A stretch of DNA of 64,000 nt, taken from IMG/VR virus record IMGVR_UViG_3300007513_001761, positions 32,001-96,000 of that record; one strand, given 5' to 3'. Both the position numbers and the translations under genes were made by a program. Under the pieces are notes generated by a model. The model was not told the DNA's origin. It was given only the letters and a program-made list of their open reading frames with translations, and did no database searches. The DNA comes from a virus. This document shows positions 9,882-19,393 of this stretch, piece after piece; position 1 is the first letter of the stretch; each line of letters starts with the position of its first letter.

Positions 9882-10259
9882 TTAATCTCCTTTTTCGATT
9901 CTGTAGCTGTCGCTATCAAAGTGTTGTGTTGAGAACTCAAAAAGTTCTGTGTCTTGCAGAGCAATCATTCTGTGGCGTAATCCGCGATATACATGAAAGT
10001 TGTCGCCGGCCTCTAAAACAATCTCCTCTGCGTCTTCTAATTTATCTCCATCTGAGTATTTTACCAGAAGTCTTCCAGATTGAACATAAAAAACCTCGTC
10101 CTTCAATTTGTGAAAGTGCCATGAGCACTGCTTGTCCTTCTCAAAGAACAACAGCTTTCCGCAATATTCCTCACAATTTACTATCCATCTTTCCCAGCCC
10201 CAGCCTTTATCAACGTGGGTCATCGGCAAAGAAGTCGTCTGCTTTAATTCCTTTGTCAT
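9882..10259 (-). CDS. Cupin protein (sugar isomerase-like)
   Basis: KGWGWE, CSWHFHKLKDEVFYV and HR cupin motifs. Confidence 0.8.
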   Translation of the reverse strand: MTKELKQTTSLPMTHVDKGWGWERWIVNCEEYCGKLLFFEKDKQCSWHFHKLKDEVFYVQSGRLLVKYSDGDKLEDAEEIVLEAGDNFHVYRGLRHRMIALQDTELFEFSTQHFDSDSYRIEKGD

Positions 10260-10539
10260 CTATGTAAAAATCTCCTGAAGGTTTTCCTAATATCAATTTG
10301 TGGTACTTTGCTTCCCACTTTTTTAATTGTCTTTCTGTTAAATCGTGAAAATCATTGTGGGCTCTGAATCGGTTTCCGTGGTGTCTTCCCATTCCTCGCG
10401 CAGTAAAGTATACTATATTATGCCCTTCTTTATACAAAGTGTTAATTTTTTTAATTCGTTCCTCGAAAGGTTTTGCTTTTCTATAGTCTCCGTCTGTTAA
10501 TGTACAGATGGTGCCGTCGATATCAAACACATATGTCAT
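10210..10539 (-). CDS. HAD-family phosphatase (capsule biosynthesis type)
   Basis: FDIDGT, FTARG, GKP, YIDDK. Confidence 0.85.
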   Translation of the reverse strand: MTYVFDIDGTICTLTDGDYRKAKPFEERIKKINTLYKEGHNIVYFTARGMGRHHGNRFRAHNDFHDLTERQLKKWEAKYHKLILGKPSGDFYIDDKGIKADDFFADDPR

Positions 10540-10928
10540 TTCATGTTTCCTAAAATTCGAGTTGTGGAGTAATCCCCAATTCTCTTAAAAAATTTTAATT
10601 CGAGTACATATTCTTGGCCAACCACATCTTTTCCTTCCCAATCAGATCCGATGACCATAACATCTGGCGCCAGGGATCTTATCTCTTCTTCTAATTCTCG
10701 CCTGGTATTGAATACTACCACTTCGTCAATGTATTTTATACACTCTAAAGCAAATTTCCTGTCACTCACGTTATTAAAAGGTCGTTCTTCTCCCTTGTCT
10801 TTTCTAACTTTTTCGTCAGAATCAATACCGACTACTAGTTCATCTCCCAATGATTTCGCATACTTAAACATTTCAAAGTGACCACGATGCAAGATGTCAA
10901 AACATCCATTTACCCACACAAGCTTCAT
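10536..10928 (-). CDS. RfaE domain II-like sugar-phosphate adenylyl/cytidylyltransferase (HldC-like)
   Basis: NGCFDILHRGH, KGEERPFN, YSTT; ATGA overlap at 10928. Confidence 0.85.
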   Translation of the reverse strand: MKLVWVNGCFDILHRGHFEMFKYAKSLGDELVVGIDSDEKVRKDKGEERPFNNVSDRKFALECIKYIDEVVVFNTRRELEEEIRSLAPDVMVIGSDWEGKDVVGQEYVLELKFFKRIGDYSTTRILGNMK

Positions 10929-11665
10929 ACGACACTCACGCCTTTCTTTTGTACAACTTGAGTAGCGCAAGTATTCGCAAACTCAATGGCGCTGGCAATG
11001 TCTTTACTTTCTGCATAGCGCGCAACAAGAGCACTAATAAAAGTGTCGCCGGCGCCGGACGTATCTTTTATTTCTACTTTCGGTACTGGGTAATATTCGT
11101 TCAAATAACGAGCGCCTTTAGGCCCGAGAGTGATGATCATCTTTTTAATTAGTTCGTCATCTAACATGTGCTTAGTTCTATTATATTCGAACTCGTTAAT
11201 CTTGATAAATTTAATCTCACGACACCAATCCCCTAGGATCTTTTTGGTGTCTAAAAAAGTATACGGGTTCTGTTGGGCAATATAAGCTATGTCCGTTTCC
11301 GAGAGAAAACCTTTATTATAATCGGAGATAACAATCACATCATAAGGCGAAAAATCAATTTGTTCAAGCTCACAGCGCACGATGTTATCATCATTCTCAT
11401 CGCAACGCAAAATGATGTAGTTGGTTCTATCATCTACAAATCTAACTTTTCGCACAGATTCCCAATTAGCATTTGTGGCAATATCCACGCTTGCTTCGAC
11501 CAATGATTGAATATTACGATAAACATTCATCGCCATACCAGGATTGGTGTTGACGCTGTCTCTGTCTAACTTAATCACCGGCACAGGAGCTTCCGGGCAT
11601 AAACGACTACATTCACCATATTGGTAAACGTCTACACAACTTTCGCCAATCACCAGAATACGCAT
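10925..11665 (-). CDS. RfaE domain I-like PfkB sugar kinase (HldA-like)
   Basis: RLCPEAPVPV, SDYNKG, DTSGAGDTF. Confidence 0.85.
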   Translation of the reverse strand: MRILVIGESCVDVYQYGECSRLCPEAPVPVIKLDRDSVNTNPGMAMNVYRNIQSLVEASVDIATNANWESVRKVRFVDDRTNYIILRCDENDDNIVRCELEQIDFSPYDVIVISDYNKGFLSETDIAYIAQQNPYTFLDTKKILGDWCREIKFIKINEFEYNRTKHMLDDELIKKMIITLGPKGARYLNEYYPVPKVEIKDTSGAGDTFISALVARYAESKDIASAIEFANTCATQVVQKKGVSVV

Positions 11666-12861
11666 TAAGATCCTTTAACAACATCACAAATAAAGTCAAT
11701 TTCTTCGAGGGTTAATTCGGGGTAATTCGGCAAAAAGAAGCCTCGTGCGTGAATCTTATCACTCACTTCATCTCGGAATTCTGCATACAAATCAGTCCAA
11801 AATGGGTGGCGTCCAAGATTGCCAGCGCTAAATAGACGCGTCTCAATGCCATTTTCAACCAGGCGTGTCACAATCTCTTTGCGATGTTCCGTGCTATCGG
11901 CTAAGGCGCCGAAAGAAATAGATACGGGAGTATTATCACCCCACTTTTGAAACTCCACCACACCGTCCAGCTTTTCCGCGTAGAGCGTATGATTTATGTA
12001 CCGACGGTTGGCGGCCCATTCTGCTTTTTGCACCTGTCTGATGCCCAGGAACGCCTGTAAATCGGTAGATCTAAGGTTGTATCCTGGTATAAAAAACGTG
12101 AAGGGGCTGTGGAAGTCATCAATTCCATGTTTATCCATTAAGGCTTTCGAAGATTCAGCGCTCAAGTCTTTAGCCCAGCCGTGACTGCGGAGCATCAAAA
12201 GCATTTCATACAATTCTTTATCATCAGTATTAACCATGCCGCCTTCAATTGTAGAAAGCTGATGTCCGAAGTAAAATGAAAACGAGGACATGTCTCCAAC
12301 AGTACCAACCATCGTGCCATCCGAATAGGCTGCGCCTAGGGCTGCGCAGGCATCTTCTAACAAGGTGAATCCATACTTCTCTTTAAGCGCTAGAATGCGC
12401 TCTTTGTGATGAGGAACGCCGAGAACTTGCACAAAGATTACAGCATCGGGACTTTCTTCTTCGCAGATTTTCTCAAGCTGGTCAAGGTCCATTCCAAACG
12501 TATCGGCATCTGCACCGCACATAATCGGCGTTAAACCAAGCTGAATTGCGGGGGCAATTGTTGTCACCCAACCCACAGACGGCACCACGATCTTCTTGTT
12601 TGGAATGCGTCCTGCTTGCACTGCTGCAGCAACCATCAAAAGATTCGCGGAAGAGCCTGAGTTATTAAAGACCGCATACTTGGTGTCAATGTAGAGGGCC
12701 CAATCGTCTTCAACGTCCCAGGTCAGTTGACCCTTGGTGAGACGTGGGTAACCCTTGAGCCAATCGCACAATGCGTTGATATCTTCGTCATTAATCGTTT
12801 CTTTTGCGAGGGGAAATTTAATTGTCTCTTGTCTGGATATCTTATAGTTTTGATGTTTCAT
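11665..12861 (-). CDS. colD: DegT-family PLP enzyme, ColD-like GDP-4-keto-6-deoxymannose 3-dehydratase
   Basis: NSGSSANLL, EDAC, SFYFGHQLSTIEGG (His in place of the Schiff-base Lys), GYNLR; no Fe-S Cys cluster as in RfbH. Confidence 0.7.
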   Translation of the reverse strand: MKHQNYKISRQETIKFPLAKETINDEDINALCDWLKGYPRLTKGQLTWDVEDDWALYIDTKYAVFNNSGSSANLLMVAAAVQAGRIPNKKIVVPSVGWVTTIAPAIQLGLTPIMCGADADTFGMDLDQLEKICEEESPDAVIFVQVLGVPHHKERILALKEKYGFTLLEDACAALGAAYSDGTMVGTVGDMSSFSFYFGHQLSTIEGGMVNTDDKELYEMLLMLRSHGWAKDLSAESSKALMDKHGIDDFHSPFTFFIPGYNLRSTDLQAFLGIRQVQKAEWAANRRYINHTLYAEKLDGVVEFQKWGDNTPVSISFGALADSTEHRKEIVTRLVENGIETRLFSAGNLGRHPFWTDLYAEFRDEVSDKIHARGFFLPNYPELTLEEIDFICDVVKGS

Positions 12862-13388
12862 CTACAACTCCTTTTGAATGATGTTCCATTCTGGTCTCTT
12901 TCAGATAAAATGGGGTCCTGCATTAACCACTCGAAAGCCAAATCCGGATCGTTCCACAATATAGTTGCTTGGTCTTGGGGGCCCTCATAAGGTCGTGTCC
13001 ATTTATAATGAAAGATACACCTATCGCTTAGACACAAATGTCCATTTATGCATCCAGGTGGTATATAAATGGATGTAGGCTTTTCATCGCTTAGGGTGAC
13101 CATATAAGTATTTGTGTAGGTAGGCGATTTGCGCCTCATATCTGCGATAGCTAATTGAAAGGTGCCCCCAATACAAGTAACAAGTTTCCCGGTGAGTGCG
13201 TCTCCGTGGAGACCTCTTAAAACATTTTTATAAGAAATAGTTATTTTATCTTCTACAAATTGCGGAAGAAAGTTGTTTTCACCATATAGTGTCCAAATCT
13301 TTCCCCTTATATCGTCAAAGGTGTCAAGAGCAATTATCAGCGCTCCTTCAATCTCTGAACTGTGCTTTATATTATCAACGTAATACAT
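12858..13388 (-). CDS. rmlC: dTDP-4-dehydrorhamnose 3,5-epimerase
   Basis: DIRG, NVLRGLH, IYIPPGCINGH, WNDPDL, ILSERD. Confidence 0.9.
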   Translation of the reverse strand: MYYVDNIKHSSEIEGALIIALDTFDDIRGKIWTLYGENNFLPQFVEDKITISYKNVLRGLHGDALTGKLVTCIGGTFQLAIADMRRKSPTYTNTYMVTLSDEKPTSIYIPPGCINGHLCLSDRCIFHYKWTRPYEGPQDQATILWNDPDLAFEWLMQDPILSERDQNGTSFKRSCR

Positions 13389-14323
13389 TATTTTATACCA
13401 CGAATGTTGGGATAATTTTGAGTAAACCATTCAATTGTTTCTTTTAAAGAAACATCTAAGTTGGTAAATTCAAAATCCGGGAGGAGTGTTTTAAGTCTAG
13501 ATATATTTGACTTTTTTCTCAATTGGCCGTCAGGTTTGCTTTTATCAAACACCACCTCCCCTTCAAATTCAGAAAGGTTGGCTATTTTTTCTACCAATTC
13601 TTTAATAGAAAGCTCATCATCGCTCCCCACTAATAATCTATTTGGTAATGGCTGTTGCAACTCTAATATGCGTATTAAAATCTCAGCTATATCTAGAGAA
13701 TATACTAACTCTCTTTTTGCATTACCACTTCCCCATATTTTAAATGGAACATCGTCTTTTTTTGCCAATTGGCACTTATAAATTAACGAAGGGGTTACAT
13801 GACCTTCCTCTAAATTAAAATTATCATGTTTTCCAAATATATTTCCTGGTATTACGGAGCAAAAATCAACACCATATTGTCTTTTGGCTGCCTTAACATG
13901 AATGTCCACCATTCTTTTAGCGTAGGCATAAGCAAAGTGAATATGAAAAGGTTCTCCTTTCTGTATATCATCTTCTACAAACGTCTCTTGTTCTTTTGAA
14001 AAAACACACGTAGATGAAAATGCTATCAATTTCTTTACATTTGAAAGACAAGCATAACGAATAACGTTAGAGTTCATTAAGATATTATTATAAAAATAAT
14101 CTTCTTGGTAAGCTATATTGCCGCCGATACCCCCCACCTGGCCAGCGGCATGTATAACCCAATCTGGATTGACCTGCTCATACAGTCTTGCAACTTCATC
14201 TGGCTTTATTAAGTCGGTGTCTTCTCTAGTACTAAAGAAAAATTCGTGTTGAGAGTATTTTAGCGCTATTTCACGAATAGCATAACCAATTAATCCGTTT
14301 GCTCCAGTAACTAAAATTTTCAT
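13388..14323 (-). CDS. fcl: GDP-L-fucose/GDP-colitose synthase (Fcl/ColC-like)
   Basis: GANGLIG, VGGIGGN, SSTCV, YAYAK, PGNIFGKHDNF, WGSGNAKRE, KPDGQ. Confidence 0.85.
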   Translation of the reverse strand: MKILVTGANGLIGYAIREIALKYSQHEFFFSTREDTDLIKPDEVARLYEQVNPDWVIHAAGQVGGIGGNIAYQEDYFYNNILMNSNVIRYACLSNVKKLIAFSSTCVFSKEQETFVEDDIQKGEPFHIHFAYAYAKRMVDIHVKAAKRQYGVDFCSVIPGNIFGKHDNFNLEEGHVTPSLIYKCQLAKKDDVPFKIWGSGNAKRELVYSLDIAEILIRILELQQPLPNRLLVGSDDELSIKELVEKIANLSEFEGEVVFDKSKPDGQLRKKSNISRLKTLLPDFEFTNLDVSLKETIEWFTQNYPNIRGIK

Positions 14324-15162
14324 TTTTTCGCCTTATCCTTGTTAAGTAAATATTGCCCCTGCTCTATGGTGCCAAAACGCCTAGGCCAAACCGAATGATT
14401 GCCTCTCCAATTATCATAATCGATACAAATCGACCTTATGTTGACTATATCTGAGCTACAATAATCATATTGAAACAGGGGCTTGTCATTATATACAAAA
14501 GCTCCAATAATAGGGCTATTTTGCGCATTTCTGTCGGGATCCCACACGCATCTCATTATAATTTTTGGAGAATAATAAACAACGGAACCATTTCGTTGTG
14601 CGCGAAAGCCAAGATCGTGTACGTTCATATTCATGTGTTCATATCTACAATCAAGTCCACCAAGTTGTCTATAATAATTTGTATTAATCATCATAACACA
14701 GGGAATCTTCCAGTGTGGTTGAACCCCTGGAAGGTTTGTGTCTGTGTGATACGAAACATTATAATATTCTAAAGGAAATTCCTTTTGGCGGCCTTCTTCG
14801 GTATCGCTCTCCGTATATCTCATAGTAATAATATCAATCGGTTGTTTTTCTTTTATTAACTCAATTGCTAAATCAATTGAATTTTCTTCAATTTCGCCAT
14901 CATCAGTTAGCCACGTTAGATAAGTGCCTTCGGCAAGATAACCTGCCAATTGAAAACATCTAGATGGAGTGCCGAAATCTCTGATAAACTTTACATTTAT
15001 TACATTATCGAAATAAGGAGGAAGTCCTTTTGGTCCGCAGAAAATAATTTCAAATGTATATTTTTTAACTGCTAATTTAGTTCTCTCATAGAGAGATTCC
15101 CAATTTTCCGGTTGAATTCCTGGAACAATGATTGATAAGTCATATGTACCTTGATTGATCAT
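14320..15162 (-). CDS. Glycosyltransferase, GT-A/GT2-like (paralog 1 of 3)
   Basis: LSIIVP, TDD acidic motif, LGGLDCRYE. Confidence 0.7.
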   Translation of the reverse strand: MINQGTYDLSIIVPGIQPENWESLYERTKLAVKKYTFEIIFCGPKGLPPYFDNVINVKFIRDFGTPSRCFQLAGYLAEGTYLTWLTDDGEIEENSIDLAIELIKEKQPIDIITMRYTESDTEEGRQKEFPLEYYNVSYHTDTNLPGVQPHWKIPCVMMINTNYYRQLGGLDCRYEHMNMNVHDLGFRAQRNGSVVYYSPKIIMRCVWDPDRNAQNSPIIGAFVYNDKPLFQYDYCSSDIVNIRSICIDYDNWRGNHSVWPRRFGTIEQGQYLLNKDKAKK

Positions 15163-15761
15163 CTCTTGATCGCCTCCACGTTTAAGCTCATCAACATCCC
15201 ATTGACCTTATCCATGTGCGGCAAATGAGCCTGACTGCCATCGTCAATAAAGAAATGTTCCGTTTCCTTAAAAGAATAAATTCGAATGTCTTCTTCTGCA
15301 AATCCTACTTCTATGAGAAATTTCTTTAACAACTTAAAATCAAAAGTAATGTAATGAATGTCATACTCGTTTCTTTGACCCCCGTGCAAAAGTCCATGCA
15401 ATTTTTCTAAATCGGCGGTGAGTAAATAATATTTTATTACTTTTTCAAAGTCAGGCACAGATAATCGTAAAACACCATTTGGCCGAAGAAGTTCTTTCCA
15501 TCGCAATAAAACACTTTTGATTTCTTTTCTTTTAACATGTTCAAGCAAATGAGAAGCATAAATCAAGTCTACAGATGAATCTTCGATACTTTCCAGAGTA
15601 AAAACATTATCTATAATATCCGGAGAAACTTCTTGTCGAGCATCAATATTAATCCATCCGTGAAATTTGCGGCTAGAGCAACCTAAATTAAGTTTGATTC
15701 CTTGTGTCTGTTTTATAGGATCGGCCATATTAGTACCAACTCCTGTTTTCCTGTCGTTCAT
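15159..15761 (-). CDS. Class I SAM methyltransferase
   Basis: LNLGC, SHLLEH, LRPNGVLRLSVPD. Confidence 0.85.
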   Translation of the reverse strand: MNDRKTGVGTNMADPIKQTQGIKLNLGCSSRKFHGWINIDARQEVSPDIIDNVFTLESIEDSSVDLIYASHLLEHVKRKEIKSVLLRWKELLRPNGVLRLSVPDFEKVIKYYLLTADLEKLHGLLHGGQRNEYDIHYITFDFKLLKKFLIEVGFAEEDIRIYSFKETEHFFIDDGSQAHLPHMDKVNGMLMSLNVEAIKR

Positions 15762-16546
15762 TGAAATCTCCTTTTCCAGACAGCCGGCGCTTTCTTCCAG
15801 TTGTCTAATCTTATCTTTGGTTGAACGTGCATTATCCAGTGAGGATCACGGAAGCGTTTCTGCAATAACGGTTCATCATGCTGATGTTGACATTCAAAAA
15901 TTGGCATGTGGTCGCCGGTACCTCCGGGCATATGATCACAAGCGAAAAGGGGAATTTGAGCCATTTCTACTTTTGCTCCAACGTATTGAGCCCGGATGGC
16001 CATATCGGCATGCGATGCCCAGGTTCCCTCGTAGCTACAATCCCAACCACCCAAAGAATTAAAAAAATCTGCATACATAAACGCAATATTAAATAACCAC
16101 CACTCTTCGGGGACATGTGGCGAGCCTGCTGGTGTGTTACATATTTTAAAGTATGCGTCTGGTTGAAGGGTTTGTCTTTCATTGCTTCCTTTTTGACCCT
16201 CATAATATTTTGCCACTAAAACGTTATTTTGTGCAGTCCCCATATCATAAAATTCGTCCATGCACTGATCCAGCGAGTTCTCAAAGAATAAACAATCATC
16301 CGCGAGCCATGTATAAACTTTACCCTCACACAAAGACGCAGCGATATTCGATGCTCTCACGGGAGAGCCGTAATCTTTCACATATTTGACATGTTTCAAA
16401 TCCTTCAGGGCATCCGGCAGCGGATTAGGACCGCAAATTATCAATTCAAAACTACGCTTTGTAGAAGTAAGAATTGATTCATAAAGCTTTTCAAGTCTTT
16501 CTGTCCGAATACTGGGGAGAATAAGAGAAATCTCTGGCTGGCTCAT
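15758..16546 (-). CDS. Glycosyltransferase, GT-A/GT2-like (paralog 2 of 3)
   Basis: ISLILPS, LADD, LGGWDCSYE. Confidence 0.7.
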   Translation of the reverse strand: MSQPEISLILPSIRTERLEKLYESILTSTKRSFELIICGPNPLPDALKDLKHVKYVKDYGSPVRASNIAASLCEGKVYTWLADDCLFFENSLDQCMDEFYDMGTAQNNVLVAKYYEGQKGSNERQTLQPDAYFKICNTPAGSPHVPEEWWLFNIAFMYADFFNSLGGWDCSYEGTWASHADMAIRAQYVGAKVEMAQIPLFACDHMPGGTGDHMPIFECQHQHDEPLLQKRFRDPHWIMHVQPKIRLDNWKKAPAVWKRRFQ

Positions 16547-17556
16547 TCTTTACCTCGCATGTATTCAATCACTTCTCGCACAGATTCTTCCAAAGACACT
16601 TCAGCTTCAAAGCCCAAAAGCTCTTTGGCTTTTGTTGTGTTAGGGATGCGCTTTTGAACGTCATATTGGCATGCTTCATCCGAAACCGTCGAGAATTCCA
16701 AATCTGGGTTTAGGATACTCCACACAAGTTGCGATAGCTCAAGCACAGAGGTGGCCAGAGGGGTGGAAATATTGAAATCGTTGTTGTGTGCGTCTTCACT
16801 TTCTAGAGCCATTCTGATGCCTCTGGCGATGTCTTTACCGTTTGTGTAACATCGGACTTGTTCTCCCGAACCTAAAATATGCAGAGGGTTCTGTCCTTTC
16901 ATAATCTTGTTGATGATATCTGGAAGAACGTGACTCATCATTAGCTTGATATTGCCAGATTTAACCTCGTGTTCTCCGATGGCGTCTTCTTCGCCAACAC
17001 CCACGCAGTTAAAGGGGCGGATGATCGTGTAGGGAAGGTCGTACTGTTCCAAGGCTCCCTTGCAGAAGTATTCAACAGCCAACTTCTGGAACCCGTAAGT
17101 GCTCAGTGGCGGCGCACAAGTTTTAATTTCGCTTTCTGGCGTTGGGTAAACGGCAGTATTCTCGAAAACCATGCTGCTAGACAGCACAATAATGCGCTCT
17201 AAAGCCTGAGTTTGGTGAAGTTTAATAGCCAAGTCAAAAGTTGACGCCAGAATGCGCTCGTTTGTGGCCAACAAATCGTAAGCATATTTATGGAAATATG
17301 TGATACCACCGATCATAGCTGCGCCGGCAACAATGTATTGAATATCTTGAAGTACTTCTGGAACATTATTCGGATCAAAGTCAATCACATCCATCTCAAT
17401 CAGATGAAAGTTTGGATGAGTATCGTGAGGGCGTGTGATTGGCCCATACTTTGAGAAGTTGTCAACCCCAACAACCGTGTATCCTTTATCCAAAAACTCG
17501 GCACACAGGTATGAGCCGATAAAGCCTTGACTTCCTGTGATTAGTATTTTACTCAT
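16543..17556 (-). CDS. NAD-dependent NDP-sugar epimerase/dehydratase/decarboxylase
   Basis: GSQGFIG, YGFQK (YxxxK), RPFN. Confidence 0.9.
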   Translation of the reverse strand: MSKILITGSQGFIGSYLCAEFLDKGYTVVGVDNFSKYGPITRPHDTHPNFHLIEMDVIDFDPNNVPEVLQDIQYIVAGAAMIGGITYFHKYAYDLLATNERILASTFDLAIKLHQTQALERIIVLSSSMVFENTAVYPTPESEIKTCAPPLSTYGFQKLAVEYFCKGALEQYDLPYTIIRPFNCVGVGEEDAIGEHEVKSGNIKLMMSHVLPDIINKIMKGQNPLHILGSGEQVRCYTNGKDIARGIRMALESEDAHNNDFNISTPLATSVLELSQLVWSILNPDLEFSTVSDEACQYDVQKRIPNTTKAKELLGFEAEVSLEESVREVIEYMRGKE

Positions 17557-18377
17557 TAGTTTGGACTCATTGGTTGGCGTGGGATCATATTAATATAAGT
17601 TTTATCACTTCCTTTTCTCTTTGCCCAAATTGGAATCCCTATCGTTTGACAGGGTATTACCACGACTTCTTCACCAAAAGAATCATATACAGCCTGTATT
17701 ACGCCAGGATGGCACCCAGTTTTTTCGTCTAATTGTAAATAATGAGAGTTAATCTGTTCATCAGTAAAAGTGTTGGCCAAGTTTATATCTAAGCAATCAT
17801 GCCCACAAATAATGCCACCTTCTTTTACCTTCGGCAAATATGCTTCAATATCTCTCTTAACACCTTTATAGGTGTGATCCGCATCAATAAAACATAAATC
17901 TAACGAATTATCGCGTATGTGTTTGCTCATTGCAACCGAATCCCCTTTCAATATTTCCACTGTGTCTTCTATGTTGGCCGCTTTCAAATTATGCTGCAGT
18001 CTTTGTTCTGTTAACATCATCTGGTTTTCATCATTATCGTAAGCGTGGCGATCTCCTCCCTTTAAAGTACGCGGCGAATCGTGCCCTTCGTTTCCTTTAA
18101 ACCAATCGATAGCATATATTTTTCCGTTTAAATTTTTTATCGTAGGTGCGTAGTGTAATAATGTTTCTCCACACCAAACACCAACTTCAGCCATCGTAAA
18201 GGTGGGTTTTATTACACTGTGGATCAGCCAAAGCAACGCATCAATAGGTTCATCTTGTATAGCTAATGGCATTACGTGTATACCCCCTTCTTGTACCTCC
18301 AACCAATACGGGATGCCGTTAAGCAAATAAGGTCCATTATTAAGCTTTCGATAATAGCTGAGTTTGTGTTTTTTCAT
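17556..18377 (-). CDS. Class I SAM methyltransferase (Methyltransf_24-like)
   Basis: EVGVWCG, FIDADHTY, GGIICGHD. Confidence 0.85.
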   Translation of the reverse strand: MKKHKLSYYRKLNNGPYLLNGIPYWLEVQEGGIHVMPLAIQDEPIDALLWLIHSVIKPTFTMAEVGVWCGETLLHYAPTIKNLNGKIYAIDWFKGNEGHDSPRTLKGGDRHAYDNDENQMMLTEQRLQHNLKAANIEDTVEILKGDSVAMSKHIRDNSLDLCFIDADHTYKGVKRDIEAYLPKVKEGGIICGHDCLDINLANTFTDEQINSHYLQLDEKTGCHPGVIQAVYDSFGEEVVVIPCQTIGIPIWAKRKGSDKTYINMIPRQPMSPN

Positions 18378-19393
18378 TTTAGCTTTCCTTTGGTATATGG
18401 CAACATTTCAAAATCAGCGGCACGAAAAGTATGAATAATGTCCATTATTTCATCCGTATACCAATCTAATATGTTTTCAGGCATATATTCTTTCCATTTC
18501 GCCCCCAAGTTTAAAATATGCGGCATTTTCATAGATTTGCGCGGTATCTTTTGGTTTACACATAACCGATTATAATCTTCTTCGATGTGTTCTAATCGAA
18601 TAAGATATAATGGTCGCAGGGGATCGCCAACGAACTGATCACCTGGCGAAAGGTAAAAGGCTTGATCCGGCAGACCCCCAAATCGCATGCTCTGCGGATC
18701 GACAGAAGGACGTGGTCCTGGGGTTGGGAGTGTTGGGCAATCCCAAGCATCAGTCACATGTGGATGTGGGGCTCTTCCTGCATGCGCACTGTTTATCATC
18801 CACTGTTCCCATGCTTTTTGTACAAACTCTCGCTTCTTTAAGGCGTCGGCGCGGGCAAAATTGAGATCTTTCAGCTTGTTTTGGAGAGTATGAGAATTTT
18901 GATAAAAAAACCATGAAACTTCTCTGGTGTACGGGTTCCTGCAGCTTCCGTAAAATGTATACTCATCCATCTCCAAAAAGCTTTTATATAGAGAGAAGCG
19001 CGGATCGCCCATAAGCTGCAACCACCAAAACAGAGGTAAATGTTTTATATTTCCCTGTCCAACATCCGGGATCCCGGATGTGACACTAAAAACAGCATCT
19101 GCCCCCCACAGCATGTGTGGGAGACGATAGTCTATTGGGATATCGTTCGCTATAGCCCACTCAACCCCTCCATCATGTTTCGCTGCGGTGCTGTATACCC
19201 AGGGCGACCACCAGGGGAAATCTTCACCGGGCGGGTAAATAGCTGCAATAGCGCCTTTTCCCAGGCGCGCGTCTTCTTCTTCATATACCACAGAACACTC
19301 TTGACCTGTGTCCGCATGAAGGGCTGTATTAATAGAAGTTCCGCCGGCTTTAGATGTATGAATGTATATAAATCTATATTTATTAGAAATCAT
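18374..19393 (-). CDS. Sulfotransferase family 2-like protein
   Basis: FIYIHTSKAGGTSI (5'-PSB loop), RNPYTREVS (3'-PB), IRLEH, DFEMLPY. Confidence 0.75.
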   Translation of the reverse strand: MISNKYRFIYIHTSKAGGTSINTALHADTGQECSVVYEEEDARLGKGAIAAIYPPGEDFPWWSPWVYSTAAKHDGGVEWAIANDIPIDYRLPHMLWGADAVFSVTSGIPDVGQGNIKHLPLFWWLQLMGDPRFSLYKSFLEMDEYTFYGSCRNPYTREVSWFFYQNSHTLQNKLKDLNFARADALKKREFVQKAWEQWMINSAHAGRAPHPHVTDAWDCPTLPTPGPRPSVDPQSMRFGGLPDQAFYLSPGDQFVGDPLRPLYLIRLEHIEEDYNRLCVNQKIPRKSMKMPHILNLGAKWKEYMPENILDWYTDEIMDIIHTFRAADFEMLPYTKGKLK

